Source: an uncultured Gammaproteobacteria bacterium (lineage in GTDB: Bacteria > Pseudomonadota > Gammaproteobacteria > Xanthomonadales > SZUA-36). Taken from it: 64,000 bases of DNA. This document shows, in pieces, positions 36,166 through 44,237 of this stretch. Positions within the stretch are counted from its first letter, which is position 1. The number at the start of each line of letters is the position of its first letter. The notes under the pieces are model-generated. The model made no database searches. It worked only from the letters and a program-made list of their open reading frames with translations, and was not told the DNA's origin. Where the stretch lies: the NCBI GenBank assembly GCA_963774415.1, contig CAVZEU010000005.1, positions 45,742 to 109,741 of the forward strand, read 5' to 3'. The position numbers and the translations under genes were made by a program.

Positions 36166-36943
36166 GCCGGTTCGCCCGCCGTTGCAGAACCGGGTGCTGC
36201 AACAGACCACCGATGTCGGCTGTCTCGATGAGATCGACGCCCAGTGCCGCCCAGTCGAGCGCCGCCTCGGGATCGACGATATCGTACAGCATCCACTGCC
36301 AGTTCCCCGGCCACGGCGCCCGGCCGGCCGGCAGTTTAAGGTGGTTGCAAATGAGAAAATCGGGATGCAGCTGCTCGGCCAGGGTTCGGCTGGCGTCGTC
36401 GTAACTCTCCAGCACCCAACCCGTGCGGATGCCGGCGCAATGCCGCCGGCACCAGCGAAGTGCTTCCCGGTTGAAGGAAATCAACACGCAATCTGTTCGC
36501 TGCAATAACAGGGGCGCCAACTCCTCCATGACCCTTGCCAGACCCCAGTGATCGATACTTTCCTGCTTCAGCTCCACCATGCAAGCTGCGCCGGGAAAGG
36601 AAGACAGCCTGCGCAAAACACCCTTCAGCGTCGCCACTGCCGTCGGCAAAAACCGGTCGCCGAAACGGGCGGGTTCGTGAACGGATATGCCGATGCCATC
36701 GCTTTCGAGCCCAAATACCGATTGATCCCGGCCCGCGGTCCGCCTGAAGTTGTCGTCATGCAACAGGACAAAGCCGCCGTCACGGCACAACTGGATGTCG
36801 AACTCGAGCCAGGGAGCACCCAGGTCCAGGGCGGCTTCGAGCGAGACCCAGGTGTTCTCCGGGTAGCATCTCAGGTAACCGCGGTGGCCTACCAATTGCG
36901 GAATCGGTGGGCTTATCTTGGCGCGGGAGACCGGCGGCATCAT
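36155..36943 (-). CDS. Glycerophosphodiester phosphodiesterase (GDPD/UgpQ-like)
   Basis: ATG 36943 overlaps the mprF stop as ATGA; the ORF track extends to 37051. LVGHRGYLRCYPENTWVSLEAALDLGAPWLEFDIQLCRDGGFVLLHDDN is the GDPD catalytic N-terminus (HR..PENT, E.D). Confidence 0.85.
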   Translation of the reverse strand: MMPPVSRAKISPPIPQLVGHRGYLRCYPENTWVSLEAALDLGAPWLEFDIQLCRDGGFVLLHDDNFRRTAGRDQSVFGLESDGIGISVHEPARFGDRFLPTAVATLKGVLRRLSSFPGAACMVELKQESIDHWGLARVMEELAPLLLQRTDCVLISFNREALRWCRRHCAGIRTGWVLESYDDASRTLAEQLHPDFLICNHLKLPAGRAPWPGNWQWMLYDIVDPEAALDWAALGVDLIETADIGGLLQHPVLQRRANRRGL

Positions 36944-39558
36944 TTCTCCAACAGTTTGCCGTAGCCGCCCGATATCAGCCGGGCAGTATCCAGTAGCGCT
37001 CGCGGCAGGCTCATTATTCCCTGCGGGCAGGCAATGTAGCGCGGCCGCCACCGAGGATTGAATTTTTCCTTGTAGGTACGCAAACCCTCGAAGTTATAAA
37101 AGCCCTCTCCATGACTGAAAATCAAGTTGCCGAGCTTGTGCCAAAGCGGCGCCAGTGCGTGCTGGTCCAGGCCCGAAAGAGGTGCCATGCCGAGGTCAAA
37201 CCACGCGTACCCGCCGGCTTTCGCCCATAACATCAATTCGACGAAAAGAAAGTCCATGATCCCGTTGGGTGCGTTCCTGTTGAACCGCATCAGGTCCACG
37301 GACAGCTCGCCGCCGCGCGGCGCCTGCCACAAGTTCGCAAAGGCCACGATGGCGCCATCCAGGCGTACGACCGCGCAATCGAATTGGCTGACGTAGCGCG
37401 CGGAGAACGAACCCAGGGAAAAGCCCTTTTCGCCAGCCCCTTTCTCATCCAGCCACGCATCGGAGACCGCACCCATTTTCGCCGCGATGTCAACGACGTC
37501 CTGCGCCGCCACGACTTCGAACAGGGCGCCCTCTTTCAGTGCCTTGTTCCGTGCGTAGCGAAATTTTGCATTCCTGTTGCCTTCCAAACCAAACTCATCC
37601 AGGTCCACCCGTGCGTCTTCACCGATTTTTGCCAGGCTCAACCCCATATCCAGGTAGAGCGGGAGCGTCTCGGCCGAGACCTTGTAAAATACCCCGCGCC
37701 CGTCGTAACGGTCCACCATTTCCCTGAAGGACCAGACCAATTGATCCCATTCGGATTCGGGCCCGACCGGATCTCCCAGGGCAATCCAGCTTCTGCCGGT
37801 TTGCCGATACATGATGAAACCCTCTCGGCTGGGTGAGAAATGAAATTGCTTGTCCCCGGTCAACGCCGCATTGGCGGACGCGTCCTTGCAATCGCGCACG
37901 ATGTTCCGGACCCGCTCGGTTTGCCCCTCGGGCGCCAAAGCCGGCAACGGCTTGCGGCCGGCATGGAAAATCTTCCAGAGCGCCACGCTCATGGCGGTGA
38001 TGCCGGCGACCAGGCTTGCCCGCAACATCCGCGGCGCGTCGGCATGCAAAGCGAATTGCCACCAAAGATCGTTGGAGTAGCTCACTTGTCGAAAACTGAC
38101 GAGGCCGACCCAGAATACGAAGCCGAGCGCCAATACGATGGACGCGACCCAGCCCGTCGTAAACTGTTGCGAAGCGACCGAGCCGCGGCGATAGAATTCA
38201 TCTTGCGACACCCGCAGAATCAGGAAGACGATGGACAGGGTCGCGGCCTCTTCAAAATCCAGCCCTTTGAGCAAGGAAACGACGACACCGCCGGCGAGCA
38301 CCAGCAAAGCGGCAAAGTAGGCGCCGCGCAAGCGCCTGGCCAGACCTCGGGCCAACACCAGAAGGCCGACCCCCAGGACACTTCCTGCAAGATGCGACAG
38401 TTCCAGCACCGGCAACGGAATTCCCCGGGCAATGAAATTCAGGCGGCTTACGACCGCCGGGGTCGCGCCTGAAACCAGCAACACGACGCCGGCAAGGAAC
38501 ACGGCCACGCTGACGACCTGCGGTACGATGGCAGAGAGCCATCCTCCGACTTTTCCGCTCGAGGAAACGAGCACGGAGCGATGCTGCTTGATTTCGTTGA
38601 TGGTCAGGAGCAACAGGGCGAAACACAGCGGCAAGACATAATAGATCACCCGGTAGACGAGCACGCTGCCCAGCAGCACGGTTCGGTCCACCCCGGGCAG
38701 ACCCATCAGCATAATGGCTTCGAAAACCCCGACCCCGCCCGGAATGCTGCTGACCAGGCCTGCAGACATGGCTACGAGGTAAATCCCGAGGAAGGGAAAG
38801 AAACCGAACGGCAGTTCCGGTCCGATCAGCACGTAAAGCGTCGCCGCGGATAACATCAAGTCGATGACGGACAGGCAGACCTGTGCCAGGCCGATGGCTG
38901 GCCGCGGGAAAGACAGCATCCATTTGCCGACGGTGATTGGCTGGCTCACGGAAACCGCAAGTAACAAGTAAACCGCGGGTATGGCGAGCAAAAACAGGCC
39001 AGTTGAATGTAACGCGAACTCTGAAAGCCCCAAGGCCGGGGCTGTGGCAACAGGCAAAACCAACAGCGCAGCTCCGAGCAGCAAGGCTGCGCCCAGGACA
39101 AAAGTCGTCGATACGAAGACGATGACCTTGGCTATCTCGAAACCCGACAGGCCCTGCAGGGAATACATGCGATAGCGAATAGACCCGCCCGATAGTGCTG
39201 CGAAACCGACGTTCTGTCCCACGGCAAACGCCATGAAAGCCGTCTGTGCGCAACGGGCGTAGCCGAGCTCGTGGCCAATGTAGCGCATGGCCAGCGTGTC
39301 ATAACCGGTCAAGACGACGTAACTGCCCACGGTAAAGAGGCCCGCGGCCAGCAACGCGGCCCACGGGATCGAACGCATTTGTATGGCGATGTCCTGCAGT
39401 TGCAGGCTTTTGAGCTCATGGTGTAAAAACCAAAGGGACGCGCCCAGGATGAGGAGGCTGACAGTTGCTCCCGCAATGCCGCGGGCCCGGCCGCCGAACC
39501 TGGCTCGCAAACGCGGCGTTGTCCTCGTAGCCGCAACGGGTTCCCGGGTTTTTGCCAT
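36940..39558 (-). CDS. mprF: Bifunctional aminoacyl-phosphatidylglycerol synthase/flippase MprF
   Basis: 872 aa. About 14 TM helices in the N-terminal flippase part and a C-terminal LPG-synthase (DUF2156) domain (FHFSPSREGFIMYRQTGRSWIALGDPVG ... GLRTYKEKFNPRWRPRYIA). Confidence 0.9.
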   Translation of the reverse strand: MAKTREPVAATRTTPRLRARFGGRARGIAGATVSLLILGASLWFLHHELKSLQLQDIAIQMRSIPWAALLAAGLFTVGSYVVLTGYDTLAMRYIGHELGYARCAQTAFMAFAVGQNVGFAALSGGSIRYRMYSLQGLSGFEIAKVIVFVSTTFVLGAALLLGAALLVLPVATAPALGLSEFALHSTGLFLLAIPAVYLLLAVSVSQPITVGKWMLSFPRPAIGLAQVCLSVIDLMLSAATLYVLIGPELPFGFFPFLGIYLVAMSAGLVSSIPGGVGVFEAIMLMGLPGVDRTVLLGSVLVYRVIYYVLPLCFALLLLTINEIKQHRSVLVSSSGKVGGWLSAIVPQVVSVAVFLAGVVLLVSGATPAVVSRLNFIARGIPLPVLELSHLAGSVLGVGLLVLARGLARRLRGAYFAALLVLAGGVVVSLLKGLDFEEAATLSIVFLILRVSQDEFYRRGSVASQQFTTGWVASIVLALGFVFWVGLVSFRQVSYSNDLWWQFALHADAPRMLRASLVAGITAMSVALWKIFHAGRKPLPALAPEGQTERVRNIVRDCKDASANAALTGDKQFHFSPSREGFIMYRQTGRSWIALGDPVGPESEWDQLVWSFREMVDRYDGRGVFYKVSAETLPLYLDMGLSLAKIGEDARVDLDEFGLEGNRNAKFRYARNKALKEGALFEVVAAQDVVDIAAKMGAVSDAWLDEKGAGEKGFSLGSFSARYVSQFDCAVVRLDGAIVAFANLWQAPRGGELSVDLMRFNRNAPNGIMDFLFVELMLWAKAGGYAWFDLGMAPLSGLDQHALAPLWHKLGNLIFSHGEGFYNFEGLRTYKEKFNPRWRPRYIACPQGIMSLPRALLDTARLISGGYGKLLEK

Positions 39559-39989
39559 GCTTTCCGCTCGATCCTGGCCAGGCTTTCAGGTTCAATTTAC
39601 GCAAGTGGGTCAAGGGTACGATTAGGACATACGGCGGCGCTTTTCCACCGCCGTGACGCCCGCGATCGCGCCGCCGCCGGCATTGCCGGCCTTGACCATG
39701 CCCGGCCACCATTGTAACGGAAGTCCGGGCGCGCGCAGTCTTCCGCCTGCTCGACCCCGAGGCCATCCCGGCAGCGCCAATCCCGGACGGCTGCCGCGGT
39801 GGCTTGACAGCGCTGGACCTTGTCACTTCTCTCCCCGGGCGGGTCATCGACTGCTACCGCCAAAGCCTGCTACAGTAACCGCCTGGGGTTCTGTTTTTCG
39901 CTTGGGAAAGCGGGAAACGCGATGACCTGAAACCGTCCCGGCACGGGCCTGCGGGCATCCTGCCCCGGTGACCAACGAGTAATTTCACC

Positions 39990-40754
39990 ATGCCCATCGC
40001 TATCACCCGCGAAGTCAACAAGGACATGAACCACGGTGAGCTGACCTTCATGGACAGGGTCGGGATTGACCTCGGGTTGGCGCGGCAACAGCACGATCAC
40101 TACTGCAAAATGCTGGCCGTACTGGGCTGCGAAGTCCTCACGTTGCCGACGGCGCCTGGGCTGGCGGACTCGGTTTTCATCGAGGACACCGCCTTCGTGC
40201 TGGATGAAATCGCGGTGCTGAGCCGTCCCGGGGCGCGTTCGCGGCGCGCGGAAGTGGCGGCGGTCGCGGAGACGCTGCGCAGCCACCGGGAATGCGTTGC
40301 GATCAAGGCGCCCGGCACGCTCGAAGGCGGCGATTTGCTGCATTTCGGCAACACGGTTTACGCCGGTCTTTCGACACGCACGAATGCCGCAGGCATCCGC
40401 CAGCTTGGCGCCATTATCGGCGCCTGGGGATACAGCGTCAGGCCGGTGCCGGTACGGCGATGTCTGCATCTGAAGTCGGCCGTTACCCGCGTTGGCGACC
40501 AAACCCTGCTGATCAACCCGGACTGGGTGCCCACCGCCGTCTTCGACCACGCCAGGCTGATCGAAGTCGATCGCCGCGAGGCGCACGCCGCCAACGCGCT
40601 GTGGCTGCAGGCCGGCGTGATGTTCCCGTCCGCCTTTCCGGCGACGCTGGACAGACTGAGCCGTTCCGGCATCGACGTTTACCCGGTCGACGTCAGTGAA
40701 CTGCAGAAAGCGGAAGGCGCCGTGACCTGCTGCAGCCTGATCCTGCGCAATTGA
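39990..40754 (+). CDS. ddaH: N(G),N(G)-dimethylarginine dimethylaminohydrolase (amidinotransferase fold)
   Basis: 254 aa. By-eye alignment to Pseudomonas DDAH (DSVFIEDTAFV, SRPGARSRRAEV, GTLEGGDLL, STRTNAAGIRQL, CLHLKS). C-terminal catalytic Cys context GAVTCCSLIL. Confidence 0.8.
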   Translation: MPIAITREVNKDMNHGELTFMDRVGIDLGLARQQHDHYCKMLAVLGCEVLTLPTAPGLADSVFIEDTAFVLDEIAVLSRPGARSRRAEVAAVAETLRSHRECVAIKAPGTLEGGDLLHFGNTVYAGLSTRTNAAGIRQLGAIIGAWGYSVRPVPVRRCLHLKSAVTRVGDQTLLINPDWVPTAVFDHARLIEVDRREAHAANALWLQAGVMFPSAFPATLDRLSRSGIDVYPVDVSELQKAEGAVTCCSLILRN

Positions 40755-40884
40755 CGCAGCGGGTACCCGGCCGGCGCCGGCTTTTGCTTTTTCCGCCCCA
40801 ACCGGCGCTGATCCGCTTTTTGATTTGCCGACCGCCTGCGGTATAGTCCGGTCACACCTTCAGGCGAGCACGAGGCAGAGCAAC

Positions 40885-42066
40885 ATGAATCATGTCCAAA
40901 CGGACAGCCACCCCCTGGTCTTTTCCGCGCCCGCCGTGGACGCGTACGGTCCGCTGGCCAGCCGGCAAACCGGCAAGGACCCGGGCTTCCGCACGATTTG
41001 CCGCGCACTGGCCGGGATGCAGAAAGAGGCGATCGTGCGGCATGGCGTAAACGGCCCCTGCTGGCGCATGCTGAGCGATGAAGGCCCATGGCTGAACGGC
41101 ACCGACCTGGCGCCGTTTCCGCTGGCTTTCTTTACCGCCGGCCTGGTCTCTTCCTACCTCACGGAATATGCCGCAGCCGCGGCCGAACAGGGCCTGGCCC
41201 TGGCTTCGCTGGCGCTTTCCATCGACAATTACTACGGCATGGAGGGATCGGCGCTGAGCGGAACGCTGCGCGGTTCCGCCTTGCCGGTCGAAATCACGTT
41301 CAGGGTGAAGGCCCAAGCCGACCGTGAACGATTGCTGCAACTGGCCTACGCCGCGGCGGCCCGGTCGGCGGCGGACGCGTTCTTGCGCAGCAGCCTCGAA
41401 AGCCATTTCACACTGACCGCAAACGGCGTCCGGGTCGACCTCGAAAACGGGAATGGGGCCGCGCTCGAAGTGCCCGCCGACCCATCGCCGTTGTTCGCGG
41501 CGGCGCGGCCCCGCACCGACCCGCGGGCAGCCGACGACATCGTCACAAAGCGCCAGGCATTAGAAGCGGCGGCGACCCACGACGCCGTCGGGCTGAAGAC
41601 CGAACAAAAAAGAATCGTCCACGTGCACGGTGAAGGCTTCCTGCGCGACGACGGCCTCAAGCAAGCCGAGGTTGCCTGTATCAAGCCCGCGGGCAGCCTT
41701 TTCAGGTTCCTCAGTGACGAGCCGCCGGCACAGGGCGGGGACGGGCGCGCCCCGAGCAGCCTGGCTTACCTGTCGGCGGGGCTGTCATTCTGTTTCATGA
41801 CCCAGCTGGGCCGCTACGCAAAGCTCGCGAAACAGGACCTTGAAGCCTATCGCATCATCCAGGACACCCGCTTCACGCGGGCCGCCGCCGATGCCGTGCC
41901 GCGGGTGGCAAAGGCCGGCGACATCGACACGCACGTCTTTGTGCAAAGCAACGAAGACGAGGCCGCTTCGCGGCAGCTGGTGAAGATGGGTGAACAGACC
42001 TGTTACCTGCACGCCGCCGGTCACACCGCGCTGAAAAATCGCGTCAGGCTGGAAGCAACGCGCTAG
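40885..42066 (+). CDS. Tandem OsmC/Ohr-like domain protein
   Basis: ATG 40885 with a GAGG RBS; the ORF track starts at 40825. Two OsmC-like halves. The first (APFPLAFFTAGLVSSYL) lacks the Cys pair. The second (APSSLAYLSAGLSFCFMTQL ... GEQTCYLHAA) keeps both. Confidence 0.7.
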   Translation: MNHVQTDSHPLVFSAPAVDAYGPLASRQTGKDPGFRTICRALAGMQKEAIVRHGVNGPCWRMLSDEGPWLNGTDLAPFPLAFFTAGLVSSYLTEYAAAAAEQGLALASLALSIDNYYGMEGSALSGTLRGSALPVEITFRVKAQADRERLLQLAYAAAARSAADAFLRSSLESHFTLTANGVRVDLENGNGAALEVPADPSPLFAAARPRTDPRAADDIVTKRQALEAAATHDAVGLKTEQKRIVHVHGEGFLRDDGLKQAEVACIKPAGSLFRFLSDEPPAQGGDGRAPSSLAYLSAGLSFCFMTQLGRYAKLAKQDLEAYRIIQDTRFTRAAADAVPRVAKAGDIDTHVFVQSNEDEAASRQLVKMGEQTCYLHAAGHTALKNRVRLEATR

Positions 42067-42074
42067 GCGCGGGT

Positions 42075-42803
42075 TCAGGCCTCGAAGACCTCCCGCATGA
42101 CACCGCCGAGGTCGCGGATGGCCTGGCTGCAGTCACCGCAGTAGGCGGAGCCGTGCATGGCGGCCAGCGTCGTCGGTTCGAGCCTGGCCAGCCGCTCCAG
42201 CGTGGGCACGGTATGTGCCGTGTACGGCAGGTAATCAGCGAACGGGCCCTGCTGATAGGTCTCGAGCGTGGCGCGAAACCGTCCGACCACGTCCTTGTCG
42301 GTCAGCGGCTCGACGTCGTCCAGTTGGTGCAACAGGTCGGAGCACAACAGCGTACCCGAGCTTTCATCGAACATCAGGCCGGCGTCCCAGGCGTGCGGAA
42401 CCTGCGGCGTCTGCAGGAAGCGGAAGCGGTGCGTGCCGGTAACCAGCACTTCTTCGTCGGCCAGCGCCCGTGCTGGCCTGACGCCGATCACGTCGTCGAC
42501 ATTGACGAACTTGGCAATTTCGCTGCAAACGGCCGTTGCCCGCGGTGCGCAAGTCAACCATTCACCCAGTGAGCCGCATTCGTCCGCCTCGAAGTGCGAA
42601 AAACCGATAAAACGCAGCGACGCCGGATCGATCAACCTGGCGACCGCCGCGTGGACGTTGCTGAACAGGCCGCGCATGCCGGTATGGTACAGCAACGGCT
42701 TTTCATCCCTGACCAGGAACTGGTTGAACTGCAACCTGAGCTCCGGGATAAAAGTCGATAGCCGAAAGACCTCGCTTGCGATTTCCGTGGTGATGGTTTC
42801 CAT
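42075..42803 (-). CDS. MBL-fold / flavodiiron-like di-iron domain protein
   Basis: 242 aa. [11 protein letters not shown] carries an H-x-E-x-D-E variant of the H-x-E-x-D-H metal motif of MBL-fold di-iron proteins. Further His/Asp ligand candidates ([17 protein letters not shown]). Confidence 0.65.
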   Translation of the reverse strand: METITTEIASEVFRLSTFIPELRLQFNQFLVRDEKPLLYHTGMRGLFSNVHAAVARLIDPASLRFIGFSHFEADECGSLGEWLTCAPRATAVCSEIAKFVNVDDVIGVRPARALADEEVLVTGTHRFRFLQTPQVPHAWDAGLMFDESSGTLLCSDLLHQLDDVEPLTDKDVVGRFRATLETYQQGPFADYLPYTAHTVPTLERLARLEPTTLAAMHGSAYCGDCSQAIRDLGGVMREVFEA

Positions 42804-42847
42804 GGCTGCAACATTCTATGCCATGGCGCATGGTTTTTACATGCTAC

Positions 42848-42878
42848 AAAAAAAGGGCGCCTGACCAGCAGGCGCCCC
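42848..42878 (-). terminator. Rho-independent terminator of the second DUF1302/DUF1329 operon
   Basis: Minus strand GGGCGCCTG-ctggt-CAGGCGCCC (9-bp GC stem) followed directly by TTTTTTTG. Lies 26 nt after the DUF1329 stop at 42904. Confidence 0.85.
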
Positions 42879-42903
42879 GTCTGAGTCCCTCAATGCCCGC
42901 CGG

Positions 42904-44223
42904 TCAGCGGCCCGCCTTGCGCAGGTTCTGCACCGTAAACAGCTTGGGCTGGTTGACGTCGTCCGTAATCTGGCTCTTGAACTGCAGCGTCGTGCAGTGA
43001 TTGGCCTGGATGTCGATCACCACGGCGAAGTCATCCAGCGCAACGCCCTTGCCCTTGTTCACCGGCAAGTGGCCCTTGTCCGAGTACGCCTTGCCGATCG
43101 GGAACCACTTCCACATGTCACCCTTGCGGTCGTAAGTCACCAGCGAGGCCATGGTCATGGTCTGCGAATCGAGGTTGATGACGCGCTTGCCGATCGGGTG
43201 GTTCGGATCCTTGGGTGTACCGATCAGCGTGTAGGTCTTGCGCAGCTGGTAAGTCACCTTCGGGAAGCAACTGCCCTGGCCCTCGACGTCGACGAAATGG
43301 TAGCCGTCCGGATCGTCCTTGGGTTCATCGGAGAGGTCCATGTCGTCGTGATAGTAGAAAGGCAGCAGCAGGTTACGCGTTCCGCCGTATTTCCAGTTGT
43401 AGTCTGTGACGCGGCCGTTGTAACCCTCGAAGTCCTCGATCATCAGGTCGCTGCCGAGGAAGGCGTCGGTGATCTGCCCGGCCGCAAGACGGCGCACACG
43501 CCGCTGGAAGCCGACATAGAGCCAGGCGTCGTCGCGCTTGGTGTCGTCCTGGTAGCGGTGGATAAGAATCTGGGTGTTGGCCAGATCGAACGGCTCTTTG
43601 ACGATACCGTAGATACCCCGGTAAATCTCGCCCGGGTTGTCCGCATAGGCCGGCTTGGGGTCGAAGGTCACGCGGTGGACATAGTTCAGAAAATGCCATT
43701 CGAACTTCAACCGGCGTTCGATCTTGCCCGTCTTGACGTTCCTGAATGTCCACCAGAACGGGTAGATCGTCTCGCTGTCGCCCGAGTTGAAGCCGTACTG
43801 GTAGTCCCAGACCAGCTTCTGCCCGGCCAGCGGGTCGTCCTTGCTCGGTTCCTGCGGGAAGGCGCGTCCGGCAACGAAGTTCTTGAGCGTACCGTCCGGG
43901 TTGATTGCGACGTCGGCCGCGTGGTCACGGGTCGCCTGCACGTAATCGGGCGTCAGCGGCATGTCCGTGGTCGGCGCGGTCCTGATCGTTACCCAGCCAT
44001 CCTTGACGAACTTGTACAGGGCCTCGTCGAGAATCGCCTTGTATTTCTCGACGTTGTTCTGGTCGATGACGTCACCGGGCGTATAGCCCTCCGCGGTCGG
44101 CGTCCAGTCCTTGTAGGGATAGAACGAATTATTGATGTCCGCCTCCGTAAAGGGCTCAGCGGCCGCGGTCTGAGCAAGCCCGATCAGGCCGGTGATCAAT
44201 AGTATTAATTTGCCGTGTTTCAT
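42904..44223 (-). CDS. DUF1329-family (LolA-like) periplasmic protein, module 2
   Basis: ATG 44223 with AAGGAGG 6 nt upstream, giving MKHGKLILLITGLIGLAQTAAA signal peptide; the ORF track extends to 44364 inside the upstream gene. About 439 aa. KRVINLDSQTMTMASLVTYDRKGDMWKW parallels KRTYYLDEDSYQILLTDHYDGRLQLWRV in copy 1. Confidence 0.85.
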   Translation of the reverse strand: MKHGKLILLITGLIGLAQTAAAEPFTEADINNSFYPYKDWTPTAEGYTPGDVIDQNNVEKYKAILDEALYKFVKDGWVTIRTAPTTDMPLTPDYVQATRDHAADVAINPDGTLKNFVAGRAFPQEPSKDDPLAGQKLVWDYQYGFNSGDSETIYPFWWTFRNVKTGKIERRLKFEWHFLNYVHRVTFDPKPAYADNPGEIYRGIYGIVKEPFDLANTQILIHRYQDDTKRDDAWLYVGFQRRVRRLAAGQITDAFLGSDLMIEDFEGYNGRVTDYNWKYGGTRNLLLPFYYHDDMDLSDEPKDDPDGYHFVDVEGQGSCFPKVTYQLRKTYTLIGTPKDPNHPIGKRVINLDSQTMTMASLVTYDRKGDMWKWFPIGKAYSDKGHLPVNKGKGVALDDFAVVIDIQANHCTTLQFKSQITDDVNQPKLFTVQNLRKAGR

Positions 44224-44237
44224 GTTGGCCTCCTTGT

